From an uncultured Gemmatimonadales bacterium (lineage in GTDB: Bacteria > Gemmatimonadota > Gemmatimonadetes > Gemmatimonadales > GWC2-71-9): a stretch of 64,000 nt of DNA. Positions 1-9,760 of the stretch are shown here, in pieces; the first letter of the stretch is position 1, and the number at the start of each line of letters is the position of its first letter. Below the pieces are notes generated by a model that saw nothing but the letters and a program-made list of their open reading frames with translations, did not search any database and was not told the DNA's origin. The stretch spans positions 320,001-384,000 of the forward strand of contig CAWGED010000005.1 in assembly GCA_963821525.1 (NCBI GenBank), in the 5' to 3' direction. A program made the position numbers and the translations under genes.

Positions 1-658
1 AGAGCGTCTTGAGTTTGGGGTCCAGCCGAGTAACGGGGCTGCCAAGCTCCATCCGGATCTGCAGCCGCTCCCAATCCTCCCGCGGCTTGAGAGGCAGCCA
101 ATCTTCCGGCGCGTTGCCCGCCAGATAGTCCTTGGAGAGGTTGGGCCGGTCGTACGGCTCCACTGCCTCGGCACCGATCATGGTGATCCGGCCGGGATAG
201 CCCTCCTGACGGAACGTGAGCGCGGCCGCAGCACCGGCCGCTCCGGCGCCGACGATGACGATTTGCGCGGGAGTCTTCGGGGAAAGCGTGCGAATACTAG
301 GTGTCGACACGGTTTGGGTCCGCTTCCCCGTGACGTAGATCATGCCGAGCTCATGCTTGATGTCGTAGCAGGGGATCGGCGACAGTGCCGGGGCTCGCAA
401 TACCTCGCCGGTCCGCAGGCTGAAACAGGCATGGTGCAGGGGACAGCGCACGGTGTCATTCACCAGAACGCCTTCGTTGAGCGGCCCGCTGTAATGGGTG
501 CACGTAGCGCCCACAGCGAAGAAGCGGGCCCCCCGACGAGCCACGAGGACCGCGTCATCGCCAAAGTGACCGAGCAGCATTCCATTATCGGGAATCCGAT
601 CGTCCGGCACACCCTTACGGAGATCGGGGCCCGTAGCCTGATCCTGAGAGCTGGCCAT
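1..658 (-). CDS. Rieske [2Fe-2S] + FAD-dependent pyridine nucleotide-disulfide oxidoreductase (AIF-like); runs off window start
   Basis: Manual translation (not in ORF track): MASSQDQATGPDL...CTHYSGPL...VRCPLHHACF (Rieske CxH/CxxH), then IVIVGAGAAG (FAD) and PYDRPNLSKDYL; ATG at 658 abuts the marR stop. Confidence 0.9.
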   Translation of the reverse strand, partial: MASSQDQATGPDLRKGVPDDRIPDNGMLLGHFGDDAVLVARRGARFFAVGATCTHYSGPLNEGVLVNDTVRCPLHHACFSLRTGEVLRAPALSPIPCYDIKHELGMIYVTGKRTQTVSTPSIRTLSPKTPAQIVIVGAGAAGAAAALTFRQEGYPGRITMIGAEAVEPYDRPNLSKDYLAGNAPEDWLPLKPREDWERLQIRMELGSPVTRLDPKLKTL

Positions 659-659
659 A

Positions 660-1160
660 TCAGCCTTCCGAGAAGAAGAATCGAGCGTCCACGTCCTGTG
701 CCTCCATCGCGCCTACCAGATCATCTACCGCCCGTCGAATGGCCCGAAGCCGTTTGCTGGACATGCCGCCGAGGCCATAAAGGAGCCGTCCCTGGGTTGG
801 CTCCGGAGCTACCGCGCAGAGGCTCACCGCACGCTCGGTCAGCTCGATGCGCACGAAGCGACGATCGTTCTGCAAGCGCACCCGGTTGACCAGCCCCCGT
901 CGCTCCAACCGGTCCACCAGGAGCGAGGCGCTGCTGGGGTGTATCAGGAGTATTTGGGCCAGCTGTCCTGTGGTGAGGGGGCCGGTCTTCGCCAGAGTCT
1001 TGAGCGCCCAAAGCTGGGGCGCGGTGAGGCCGTAGGTCCGGCGGACGTCGTGCGAATAGACCTCCAGGGCCCGAACGATGCGCCGGAGGCCTACCACGAT
1101 GCTGGTGATGTCCGGTAGGCGGGAGACGGCGGCAGGCCGCCGGCGGCTCAGGGCAGGCAT
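660..1160 (-). CDS. MarR family transcriptional regulator
   Basis: LTAPQLWAL...LAQ...SSASLLVDRLERRGLVNR...DRRFVRIELT winged-helix pattern; start placed at ATG 1160 (ORF track extends to 1226). Confidence 0.88.
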   Translation of the reverse strand: MPALSRRRPAAVSRLPDITSIVVGLRRIVRALEVYSHDVRRTYGLTAPQLWALKTLAKTGPLTTGQLAQILLIHPSSASLLVDRLERRGLVNRVRLQNDRRFVRIELTERAVSLCAVAPEPTQGRLLYGLGGMSSKRLRAIRRAVDDLVGAMEAQDVDARFFFSEG

Positions 1161-1172
1161 GGATCGGAGGGC

Positions 1173-1196
1173 AGATGTATTGATATCAACATATCT
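1173..1196. promoter_or_regulatory. Imperfect 24-bp palindrome, probable MarR operator
   Basis: AGATGTATTGATATCAACATATCT with perfect core TTGATATCAA, just upstream of marR in the divergent marR/sbcD gap. Confidence 0.6.
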
Positions 1197-1277
1197 CAAA
1201 TAATCCCCGATTTCCCGCCACGGCAAGGGTGCCCCGAGCCTCTTACAGATCGCAGGTCGTCACTTACCTTTCAGCCC

Positions 1278-2456
1278 GTGAAACTTGCTCACCTTGCCGA
1301 CCTTCACCTCGGCTTCCGCCAGTATCACCGGCAGACTCCAACCGGTCTGAACCAGCGGGAAGCCGATGCTGCCGATGCGTTCCGCCGCGCCATCGATGGG
1401 GTCATTGCGGCCGCTCCCGAGATGGTGATCATCGCGGGGGACCTCTTTCATTCGGTCCGGCCCACCAACCAGGCGATTCTCGTCGCCTACACGCAGCTGC
1501 ACCGGTTGCGCGAAGCATTGCCCGCCTCGCCGGTCATTCTCATCTCGGGCAACCACGACTCGCCGCGGTCACAGGAGACCGGGTCGATCCTCCAGCTCTT
1601 CAAGACGCTCGACGTGGAGGTCGTGGACGAGGGCTCTCGCGCGATCTCGTTCCCGCAATTCGACCTTCGGGTGTTCGCGGTGTCCCACGAGGCGCTGGTT
1701 GGTTCCGCCCGTCCTGCCCTCCGGCCGGAGGGACCGGAGCGATACCAGGTCCTGGTGCTGCATGGCGAAGTCGAGGGCGTGTTCCCGGTCGATCGCTCCG
1801 CCGTCGATTTCGGAGGCGCCTCGTTGCAGCCCGACGAGCTGAATGGAGAGAACTGGAGCTACGTCGCTCTGGGCCACTATCACGTGCAGCACCAGGTGGG
1901 TCCTCGAGTCTGGTACAGCGGCTCGCTGGACTACGTGAGCACCAATCCCTGGGGAGAATTGCAGGACGAAGCCGAGAAGAGAGTGCAGGGGAAGGCCTGG
2001 CTGCTGGTGGATCTGGAATCCGGAGTCGCGCAGCGCATGCCGGTGCAGCTCGCCCGCCGGGTGATCGACTTGCCGCGGCTCGAAGGGATGGGACTGGTGG
2101 CCGAGGAGCTGGATGCCCTGGTCGCGGAGGCCGTTGCCGGAGTGCCCGGGGGCATCACCGACGAAGTGGTCCGGCAGGTAGTCCACAACGTCCCCCGGAG
2201 TGTGGGCCGTGCGATGAACTACCAGACGATCCGTGCCTACAAGGCTCAGGCGCTGCATTTCCAGCTCGATCTCCGACGGCCCGAGATCCAGCGTCAGGTA
2301 GGAGTCGGTTCTCCCGGTCGCAGACAGACGCTACCGGAAATCGTGGAGACCTATCTGAATGGTCGCGACCTTCCGCCCGGTGTCGAGCGTGACGCGCTGG
2401 TCCAGACCGGAACGCAGATCATGACCGCGATCGAGCGGGAGTGGGCCCAAGGCTGA
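1278..2456 (+). CDS. sbcD: SbcD/Mre11 metallophosphoesterase nuclease
   Basis: DLHLG, GDLFH, GNHD, LHG and ALGHYH phosphoesterase motifs; coupled to SMC ATPase. Confidence 0.92.
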   Translation: MKLAHLADLHLGFRQYHRQTPTGLNQREADAADAFRRAIDGVIAAAPEMVIIAGDLFHSVRPTNQAILVAYTQLHRLREALPASPVILISGNHDSPRSQETGSILQLFKTLDVEVVDEGSRAISFPQFDLRVFAVSHEALVGSARPALRPEGPERYQVLVLHGEVEGVFPVDRSAVDFGGASLQPDELNGENWSYVALGHYHVQHQVGPRVWYSGSLDYVSTNPWGELQDEAEKRVQGKAWLLVDLESGVAQRMPVQLARRVIDLPRLEGMGLVAEELDALVAEAVAGVPGGITDEVVRQVVHNVPRSVGRAMNYQTIRAYKAQALHFQLDLRRPEIQRQVGVGSPGRRQTLPEIVETYLNGRDLPPGVERDALVQTGTQIMTAIEREWAQG

Positions 2457-4882
2457 TGTACATCGAACGCCTGCGTCTCGTGAACTTCCGTCAGCACGAG
2501 GACACCGAGTTGGTCCTCGGCCCGGGGCTTACCGGGATCATAGGACCGAACGGCGCAGGGAAGACGACACTGCTCGAAGCGATCGCCTGGGGTCTCTATG
2601 GGGCCGAAGCGGCCCGGGGCACCAAGGAGACGATCCGCCGGCGAAGCGCCTCCCCCCGATCACCGGTCCGAGTCGAGTTGGAATTCAGCCTGGGACCTCA
2701 CCGCTATCGGGTGGTGCGCGGGCTGAGCACCGCGGAGTTGTATCAGGACGGGGACTCGACCCCGGTGGCTCACAGCCTGGTCGAGGTGACGGCGCGGATC
2801 GGCCGGATGCTCGGCATGGCCCGCGAGGAATTCTTCAACACCTACTTCACCGGTCAGAAGCAGCTCGCGGTCATGGCCGCGATGCGCCCGGTCGAACGGG
2901 CTCAGTTTCTTTCCCGGGTGCTGGGTTACGATCGCTTGCAGCTTGCGCAGGACCGAGTTCGGGAGCACCGCGTGTCGGTGCGGGCCCGGGTGGGAGCGCT
3001 TCAGTCGAGTTTGACCGATCCCGCTGAACTCGCGGCCGAGGAGGCTCAGGCCCAGGCCCGGCTGGAGGGAGCCCAGGAGGCTGTTGCGCGAGCGAAGGAG
3101 AATCACGAGCGCGCCGAGCAGCGGAGAGCGGAGGTCACGCCGCGCTGGGAGGCGAGCCAGCGGCTCCAGGAGCAGACTCGAGTTCTCGAGGGCGAGTTCC
3201 GGTTGGCGGAGCACAAGGTCCAGGCCGCCCGGGAGACCTTCCAGCGCCTGGATCGCCAGTTGGTTGCCGCGAATGAAGCGCGTGGCCGGCTCGAAGGGAT
3301 GCGGGCGTCTCTCGAACCGCTGGCCGCGCTCCGCGCCGAGCGAACGAAGCTCGACGGCGAGGCGGAGCGCCACTCGGTGGCCCGGGCAGCGATGGCGCAG
3401 GTGCTCGAAGTCCGTAGCTCTCTCACCCAGGTCGAGGAGCGGATCAATCGACTCCCGGCGCCTGAGGTAGTTACCCAGGGGATCGAGCGCGCCGAACAGG
3501 TGCGTCGCCAGCTTACCCAGGTCAGCGAGGAAGCCGAGGAGAAACGGACTGCGTGGGTGCGGGGTCTCCAGGACGCGAGAACCAAGCGAGAGGGTCTGCT
3601 CGACCAGTACAAAGACTTGAAGGAGCAGCAGCAGAGGATCACCGCCGCAGGCGCCGAAGGCATCTGCCCGACGTGCGCCCGTCCGCTCGGCAAGGAATAC
3701 GAGAACGTGGTCGGCATGCTGGATCGCCAGCTGCAGGACGTGCTCTTCAACGGCAACTACTACAAGCAGCGCATCGAACAGCTGGCGAACGAGCCGCCGG
3801 AGCTCCAGGAACTTGATCGCCAGATCGAGGCGCTGGAAAAAGAGGCTGCGACCGCTGCGGCCGAAGGTGGGCGGCAACAGGCGCTGGCACAGGAAGGCCC
3901 TGTGCTGGCCCGCGAGCAGGGGCGCCTGATCGCGCGGATTCGGGAGCTGGAAGAGGTCGTGGCTCGGCAACCGGCCGGATACGATCCGGCCCGCCACGGT
4001 GAGGTCCGCCGGCGCATCGAAGAGTTGGAGCCGCTGGAACTGCAGGCCGAGCGGCACCGGGCCATGGCAGAGCGGGCCGAGGTGCTGGTGTCAGAGGCTG
4101 AGGCAGCCGAGCGCGAGCTTTCGATAGTGGAAGCGCACGCCCTGGAATTGCGGCATCACATGGATGCGCTGGGCTATACCGAGGCCGCCTTCCTCGAGGC
4201 TCGGAGCGCACACGAGGCCGTCGAGCAGGAGCGCCGCGAAGCGGAAATGATGGGCATTCGGGCATTGGTAGAAGTCCAGGCCGCGGAGGATGGGCTGGCC
4301 GCGGTGTCCCGGCGGCGGGCCGAGCGGGCGGTGCGGGAGGAAGATCTTCGGCAGGCCGCGAAGTCACTAGCACTGCATAACGAGTTGGATCGGGCGTTCA
4401 CCGATCTGCGGACCGAGCTGAACCTGCAGTTGCGTCCCGATCTCTCGGAACTGGCCAGCGGTTTCCTCCGTGATCTGACCAACGGCCGCTACACCGAGAT
4501 GGAGCTGGATGAAGACTACATGGCCACGTTGCTGGACGGCGGTGAGGTCAAGCCGGTCATTTCCGGCGGGGAAGAAGACATCGCTAACCTGGCGTTGCGA
4601 CTCGCCATCAGCCAGATGATCGCGGACCGTGCCGGTCAGCCGCTCTCCCTCCTGTTCCTGGACGAAATCCTCGGCTCGCTCGACGAGGAGCGTCGCCTCG
4701 CGGTGATCGAACTCCTGCGGAGCCTGGCAGATCGCTTCCCTCAGGTGATTCTCATCACCCACATTGAATCGATGCGGGATGCCAGCTTCGATCGGATTAT
4801 CCGGGTCGAGTATGATGCGGAGCGTGGCGTGGCACAGGTGCGCGACGAGCCGGAGGGAGTGTTGGATGGCCTGGCAGCTTGA
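2456..4882 (+). CDS. sbcC: SbcC/Rad50 SMC-family ATPase
   Basis: Walker A GPNGAGKTT, coiled coils, zinc hook CPTC, signature ISGGE, Walker B LFLDE; TGATG overlap with sbcD. Confidence 0.93.
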   Translation: MYIERLRLVNFRQHEDTELVLGPGLTGIIGPNGAGKTTLLEAIAWGLYGAEAARGTKETIRRRSASPRSPVRVELEFSLGPHRYRVVRGLSTAELYQDGDSTPVAHSLVEVTARIGRMLGMAREEFFNTYFTGQKQLAVMAAMRPVERAQFLSRVLGYDRLQLAQDRVREHRVSVRARVGALQSSLTDPAELAAEEAQAQARLEGAQEAVARAKENHERAEQRRAEVTPRWEASQRLQEQTRVLEGEFRLAEHKVQAARETFQRLDRQLVAANEARGRLEGMRASLEPLAALRAERTKLDGEAERHSVARAAMAQVLEVRSSLTQVEERINRLPAPEVVTQGIERAEQVRRQLTQVSEEAEEKRTAWVRGLQDARTKREGLLDQYKDLKEQQQRITAAGAEGICPTCARPLGKEYENVVGMLDRQLQDVLFNGNYYKQRIEQLANEPPELQELDRQIEALEKEAATAAAEGGRQQALAQEGPVLAREQGRLIARIRELEEVVARQPAGYDPARHGEVRRRIEELEPLELQAERHRAMAERAEVLVSEAEAAERELSIVEAHALELRHHMDALGYTEAAFLEARSAHEAVEQERREAEMMGIRALVEVQAAEDGLAAVSRRRAERAVREEDLRQAAKSLALHNELDRAFTDLRTELNLQLRPDLSELASGFLRDLTNGRYTEMELDEDYMATLLDGGEVKPVISGGEEDIANLALRLAISQMIADRAGQPLSLLFLDEILGSLDEERRLAVIELLRSLADRFPQVILITHIESMRDASFDRIIRVEYDAERGVAQVRDEPEGVLDGLAA

Positions 4883-5834
4883 TCGCGATCTCTACGGTCC
4901 GGAGCGGCCGACGGTCAGGGATATCGAACCCCTGAACCGGGTGTTCTCCGAGTCCTTTACCGATCGCTATCGGCGGGACGGGCTGCTCGGCGTCCGGGTG
5001 CCGCACCTCAATCCCCTGATCTGGCGCTATGCGCTGGAGGACGCGGGAGACGGGGCGATGGTGTGGCGCGACGGTGATGGTGAATTGGCAGGCTTCAACG
5101 TCGTGCACTTCTCGGGCAGCGAAGGGTGGATGGGCCCGCTCGCGGTGCGTCCCGACCGTCAGGGGATCGGTCTCGGCAAGGAGATGATCCGGTCGGGCAT
5201 CGATTGGCTGCACGAGAAGGCGGTGCAGACGATCGGCCTCGAGACCATGCCTCGCACTATCGAGAACATCGGGTTCTACAGCAGGCTGGGATTCCTGCCC
5301 GGGCATCTCACCATCACACTGACCCGGGATCTGCCGCGCAAACCGGGACTCGCCCCGGAACTCGCCTCACACGCGGCGGCAGCGCGGGTGGACCGCGTAC
5401 TGGAATGCCGTACGCTGACGACGCGGCTCGCGCCGGGCATCGACTTCGCCCGCGAAATCCAGCTCACGCTCGAGCTCAAGATCGGCGATGTCGCGCTGGT
5501 CCGGCGAGACGGAGGCGCGCTCTCAGGATTCGCGCTGTTCCACTCGGCGCCCCTCGCCGCGGGACGGCCCCAGGACGAGCTGCGGATTCTCAAACTCGTG
5601 GCGGAGGATGTGGAGAGTTTCGAGGCGGTGATCAGTGCGGCGGAAACCGCGGCGATGGGAATGGGCCTGCGGCGACTCAGCCTGCGCTGCCAGACGGGAT
5701 ACTGCAACGCGTACCTGCGACTGATCCAGGCCGGCTACCGCACCCACTGGACCGATCTCCGCATGACTCTCAACGGTCATCCCGAAGTCGTTCCAGCCGC
5801 CGGTGCGGTGGTGATGTCGAACTGGGAGATCTGA
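4866..5834 (+). CDS. GNAT family N-acetyltransferase (tandem GNAT fold)
   Basis: PLAVRPDRQGIGLGK acetyl-CoA motif A and FYSRLGF motif B; ATG 4866 overlaps sbcC end. Confidence 0.85.
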   Translation: MAWQLDRDLYGPERPTVRDIEPLNRVFSESFTDRYRRDGLLGVRVPHLNPLIWRYALEDAGDGAMVWRDGDGELAGFNVVHFSGSEGWMGPLAVRPDRQGIGLGKEMIRSGIDWLHEKAVQTIGLETMPRTIENIGFYSRLGFLPGHLTITLTRDLPRKPGLAPELASHAAAARVDRVLECRTLTTRLAPGIDFAREIQLTLELKIGDVALVRRDGGALSGFALFHSAPLAAGRPQDELRILKLVAEDVESFEAVISAAETAAMGMGLRRLSLRCQTGYCNAYLRLIQAGYRTHWTDLRMTLNGHPEVVPAAGAVVMSNWEI

Positions 5835-5839
5835 ACAGC

Positions 5840-5927
5840 AAAAGCGTGAGAAGTGAGAGGTAAGAAGTAAGAGGGTTGCCAGATTCGGCTACCGTCTCAC
5901 TTCTCACCGCTTACCTCTTACGCTTTT
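5840..5927. terminator. Long inverted repeat made of heptamers; probable bidirectional terminator
   Basis: AAAA-GCGTGAG-AAGTGAG-AGGTAAG-AAGTAAG ... CTCACTT-CTCACCG-CTTACCT-CTTACGC-TTTT between convergent genes. Confidence 0.6.
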
Positions 5928-6103
5928 CTCTCGTCTCCCGTCTCCCGCAGCCCCCACCACCTCACAAACAGCGCTCCTGCCAGCCCCAGGAGCAGGTGGA
6001 CGGCGCTGCCGGCGGGACCTAGCGGGAAGAGAAAAGTCAAGCAAATCCAGAGCGTGAGCGACAGCACAGCGGCCACGGGCAAGAGGGCCATCATGACCTC
6101 CAC
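5918..6103 (-). CDS. Small two-TM membrane protein
   Basis: 61-aa ORF with two hydrophobic segments. Confidence 0.5.
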   Translation of the reverse strand: MEVMMALLPVAAVLSLTLWICLTFLFPLGPAGSAVHLLLGLAGALFVRWWGLRETGDERKA

Positions 6104-6111
6104 AGTCGTGA

Positions 6112-6140
6112 TTGACGATGACGGATCGAATTCCTATCTT
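6112..6140 (+). promoter_or_regulatory. Sigma70-type promoter of the ncRNA
   Basis: TTGACG (6112-6117), 17-nt spacer, TATCTT (6135-6140). Confidence 0.7.
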
Positions 6141-6142
6141 GT

Positions 6143-6308
6143 GCATCGACGGCATCGGGGAGACCCGTTATTGAGCCAACAGGTCCGATGAAGGGCCCAA
6201 ATACCGTGACTGATGTCAGGCCCCCCGGGGGAAGACAGACGCTATGGTGAGGGCGCCAAGCATTCTCGTCGGGCTTCAATAAACCCTCTCCGATGTCGCC
6301 GTAGTTGC
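6143..6308 (+). ncRNA. ssrS: Probable 6S RNA (long rod with central bubble)
   Basis: 5' GGCATCGGGGAG pairs with 3' CTCTCCGATGTC (12 bp with G-U); TTATTGAGCC pairs with GGCTTCAATAA; unpaired central bubble; apical stem ACCGTG/TATGGT and CCCC/GGGG; own promoter and terminator. Confidence 0.72.
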
Positions 6309-6310
6309 TT

Positions 6311-6345
6311 CGAGGCGCCGGCCCCTGGTCGGCGCTTCGTTGTTT
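6311..6345 (+). terminator. Intrinsic terminator after the ncRNA
   Basis: CGAGGCGCCGGCC-CCT-GGTCGGCGCTTCG followed by TTGTTT. Confidence 0.65.
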
Positions 6346-6416
6346 ATGGTCGTCGTTCAGGCTTGACTCCCGGTTGGTCGCTGGCATCTTCCACCACTCT
6401 TTGGCTGGATTGACCG

Positions 6417-6830
6417 ATGCCTCTCGCGGCCGTCACCCGGCGCGTCCATTTCAATGCGGCGCACCGTCTCTATAATCCGTCTCGCTCCGAGGAATGGAAT
6501 CAGCAGATCTTCGGTGTCTGCAGCAACCCCAACTACCACGGCCATAACTACGAGATGGATGTGACCGTCGAGGGGCCGATCGACCCCGACACCGGCTATG
6601 TCATCGACATCAACGTACTGAAGAATCTGGTCGAGGAGAAGTTGCTCAACCAGCTCGATCACAAGAACCTGAATCTGGATGTCACCTGGTTCCTGGAGTT
6701 GATTCCCACGGCCGAAAACATCGCTGCCGTCTGCTGGAAAGTGCTGGCCCCGGAACTCCCTGCCGGCCGCCTGCTGCGCATCCGTCTGTGGGAAACGCCG
6801 AGGAACTATGTCGAATACGAAGGTCGGTAA
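6417..6830 (+). CDS. 6-pyruvoyl-tetrahydropterin synthase (PTPS/QueD family, CX5HGH PTPS-II-like)
   Basis: [39 protein letters not shown]. Confidence 0.9.
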   Translation: MPLAAVTRRVHFNAAHRLYNPSRSEEWNQQIFGVCSNPNYHGHNYEMDVTVEGPIDPDTGYVIDINVLKNLVEEKLLNQLDHKNLNLDVTWFLELIPTAENIAAVCWKVLAPELPAGRLLRIRLWETPRNYVEYEGR

Positions 6831-7404
6831 GCGAAGGCGTACCGGATCGTTCCAGGCCGAGGTCCGCACCATCCTGACGGCCCTGGGTGAGGATCCGGAG
6901 CGGCCCGGGTTGCTCAAGACCCCGGTGCGAGTGGAAAACTCGTTGCGCTGGCTGACCCGAGGGTACGAGATGTCGGTGGCCGACGCGGTGGGAGACGCGG
7001 TGTTCGAGGAGAACCACTCGAGCATGATCCTGGTGCGCGACATCGAGATGTATTCTCTCTGCGAACACCATCTGCTGCCGTTCTTCGGCCGGGCCCATGT
7101 GGCCTACATTCCGGATCGGCGTATCCTGGGCCTGTCCAAGCTCCCCCGCATCGTGGAGGTGTTCGCCCGGAGGCTCCAGGTGCAGGAGAGGCTGAGCGAT
7201 CAGATCGCCGACGCGATCATGGATGTCCTTCAGCCTCATGGAGTAGGAGTGCTCATCGAAGCGACCCATCTCTGCATGGCGATGCGGGGCGTCGAAAAGC
7301 AGAACTCCCGCACCGTCACCAGCGCGGTGCGGGGCATCTTCCGCAGCGACCTTCGTTCCCGCGAGGAGTTCCTCCGCCTGGTGCATGGACGTCCGTTCGA
7401 ATGA
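6808..7404 (+). CDS. folE: GTP cyclohydrolase I
   Basis: [36 protein letters not shown]. Confidence 0.96.
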   Translation: MSNTKVGKRRRTGSFQAEVRTILTALGEDPERPGLLKTPVRVENSLRWLTRGYEMSVADAVGDAVFEENHSSMILVRDIEMYSLCEHHLLPFFGRAHVAYIPDRRILGLSKLPRIVEVFARRLQVQERLSDQIADAIMDVLQPHGVGVLIEATHLCMAMRGVEKQNSRTVTSAVRGIFRSDLRSREEFLRLVHGRPFE

Positions 7405-8111
7405 GCGGTCTGGCAGGGCGGTTGGCGGTGGTGACCGGTGCGTCGCGCGGGATCGGTCTCGCCGCAGCGCAGGCGCTTGCCGCCGAGGGCGCCACTGTCG
7501 TTCGGCTGGCACGGAGTCTCAAGGACGGCACCCACGATCATTTCCGGGACGTGGCCTGCGATCTGACTCAGTCCGCGGAAGTCGTTCGGGCCAGCACGCG
7601 AATCCTGGGAGATTGGGGTACGCCCCAGATCCTGGTGAACAACGCGGGCGCATTCCTGCTCAAGGCATTTGACGCCACCGATCTTGCCGATCTCGATCAA
7701 CAGCTCTCGGCGAACCTCAAGGCCCCGTTCCTCGTGGCCCAGGGATTTCTTCCCGCCATGTCGGGCGCAGGTGACGGTTTGGTCGTCACGATTGGCAGCG
7801 TCTCGGATCATCATGCCTATCCGGAGAACGCAGCATACGCCGCGAGCAAGTACGGGCTTCGGGGTCTGCACGAGACGCTCGCCGCGGAATATCGTGGCAC
7901 CGGAGTCCGGTTTACTCTAATCTCGCCGGGCCCGACCGACACGAGGATCTGGGATCCCATAGACCCCGATCACCGGCCCGGGCTTCCCCATCGCAGCGAG
8001 ATGCTGCACCCGGAGGACGTGGGGGCGGCCGTGCTGTTCGCGGCGACCCGGCCGTCGCGTGCAACTGTAGAATGGATCCGTCTCATGCCCACGCCGGCAG
8101 GCGGGCGCTGA
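7401..8111 (+). CDS. SDR family oxidoreductase (candidate sepiapterin-reductase-like)
   Basis: [12 protein letters not shown] and YAASK; ATGA overlap with folE. Confidence 0.88.
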   Translation: MSGLAGRLAVVTGASRGIGLAAAQALAAEGATVVRLARSLKDGTHDHFRDVACDLTQSAEVVRASTRILGDWGTPQILVNNAGAFLLKAFDATDLADLDQQLSANLKAPFLVAQGFLPAMSGAGDGLVVTIGSVSDHHAYPENAAYAASKYGLRGLHETLAAEYRGTGVRFTLISPGPTDTRIWDPIDPDHRPGLPHRSEMLHPEDVGAAVLFAATRPSRATVEWIRLMPTPAGGR

Positions 8112-8154
8112 GCCGTTGCCGAATCGAATCGCGTACTTCTTTCACCTGGACTCC

Positions 8155-9738
8155 ATGAGTCGACTCGTTTGGCGCAGCATGTGGCGCGCAGCTCTTCTGG
8201 GAGCAACGCTGGGCACCTCAGCCCTCTCGGCGCAGGTCAAGCTTCCACCCGTCCCCGATTCGACGGGGTGGGGAGTGCACGTCCTCACCGTCGCGCGAGA
8301 TCCGCGCGGGGGCCTCTGGGTCGGCACCTACGGGCAGGGTATCCTGCGACTCCGCGCCGGGGCAAATGCCTGGGAACGGATACGGAGTGACACTACCCCG
8401 ACGAGCCTGTCCTGGGATTTCGTTCACGCGTTCGGCTTCGGGAGCCGGGGCGAGATCTGGTACGGTACGGTCGGGAATGGCTGGGGAGTCTCGACCGATG
8501 ACGGCGCCACGTGGACCAACTGGACGCTGAAGCAGCTGGGCCCCGAATGGCAGTACGTGGCCCCCAATGGGATCGCTACCCGGGGTGATACCGTATGGAT
8601 CGGAACGGCCGACGGCATTCAGGTCACCAGCGACGGCGGCCACCATTGGATCGCGCTCGGCGACAAGACCGGCCCGGCCGCGAAGGGGCCGGCCGATACC
8701 GCGTTCGCGATTCTCAACAACGAATATGTGAAGCGGCTGGGGATCGATCGCCGGGGGGTCCTGGTCACGACACCCAAGGGGAACGAGCTGATCACGTCCA
8801 CCTCCGAAGGCTGGGTGAGCCAGGGCATCACCACGGCCGCATTCGCTCCCTTGAACCGCATCGTGATCGACGGGCAGGCCGTGCGCGGCACACCCTGCGG
8901 GCTCCGGCTCGCGACCGACACGATGCCGTGCTACACCCGCGCCTCCAAGGCCGCCGATCCGCCTCGCGCCCTGCTGACGACCTGGTTTGCCCGGCCCATC
9001 GACCGGTCAGACAACTCCTATATCGACCAGACGTATCGGTACGGCTCGACGATGGGAGGGAACTTCCAGCAGCATCAGGGCGTCGAATTCAACAATCCCG
9101 ACGGGACACCGGTGCACGCGATCGGCGCCGGCAAGGTGGTCTATGCCGGACCGGCTGAAGCGGGTGCGCTCACCGTCGCCATTCGGCATGACACCACGGT
9201 GACCGGCGCAGACGGGAAGCTGCGCATCTTCTCGGTCTACTACCACAACTCCTCGCTCGCGGTGAAAGTGGGACAGCGGGTCGCTGCGGGTGCCGTGATC
9301 GCCCGCGTCGGCAATACCGGACGTGCGACGAATGATCACCTCCACCTCGAAGTACACGCGTCGCCGACCGACTCGGTTCCCGCCATCGTGGATTCGCTAC
9401 AGCGGTTCCCCCCTTATACCACCAATCCCGAGCTCTGGATCGAGCCGCTTCCGGGGACCGGGATCGTGGCGGGGCAGGTCTTCAACGCCGCGGGAGAACC
9501 AATTCCCCAAGCCCGGATCTACGGGTTGGTGAAGCCCGAACCGATCGAAACACCGTTCTCCTACGCCGAGACGTACGGTGACAAGGCCCATCCCCATCCG
9601 TTGTACGGAGAGCATTTCGCGGTGGGCGACGTTCCGCCGGGAGTCTATATCATGGGAACGGAGATCGAGGGGAAGAAGGTCTTTCGAAGGGTGACAGTGG
9701 AGGCGGGGAAACTCAGTTGGGTGGTGTTTAAACCGTAG
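8155..9738 (+). CDS. Secreted M23 metallopeptidase with N-terminal beta-propeller/BNR repeats and C-terminal carboxypeptidase-regulatory-like domain
   Basis: Signal peptide; LWVGT/IWYGT/VWIGT propeller repeats, STDDGATW Asp-box; HQGVE...YYHN...GNTGRATNDHLHLEV. Confidence 0.8.
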   Translation: MSRLVWRSMWRAALLGATLGTSALSAQVKLPPVPDSTGWGVHVLTVARDPRGGLWVGTYGQGILRLRAGANAWERIRSDTTPTSLSWDFVHAFGFGSRGEIWYGTVGNGWGVSTDDGATWTNWTLKQLGPEWQYVAPNGIATRGDTVWIGTADGIQVTSDGGHHWIALGDKTGPAAKGPADTAFAILNNEYVKRLGIDRRGVLVTTPKGNELITSTSEGWVSQGITTAAFAPLNRIVIDGQAVRGTPCGLRLATDTMPCYTRASKAADPPRALLTTWFARPIDRSDNSYIDQTYRYGSTMGGNFQQHQGVEFNNPDGTPVHAIGAGKVVYAGPAEAGALTVAIRHDTTVTGADGKLRIFSVYYHNSSLAVKVGQRVAAGAVIARVGNTGRATNDHLHLEVHASPTDSVPAIVDSLQRFPPYTTNPELWIEPLPGTGIVAGQVFNAAGEPIPQARIYGLVKPEPIETPFSYAETYGDKAHPHPLYGEHFAVGDVPPGVYIMGTEIEGKKVFRRVTVEAGKLSWVVFKP

Positions 9739-9760
9739 GGGCTCAGGGAACTGGAACCCG

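Noticed and set aside
1278..4882. SMC ATPase plus nuclease as an anti-phage system (Lamassu/Wadjet)
   Set aside because: Canonical sbcD-sbcC order with Rad50 zinc hook in a housekeeping context; no effector or kleisin genes
6143..6416. preQ1 or THF riboswitch upstream of PTPS-folE
   Set aside because: The structure is a long closed rod with its own terminator, and a separate promoter-like TTGACT..CATCTT lies at 6363-6390; no recognisable aptamer consensus
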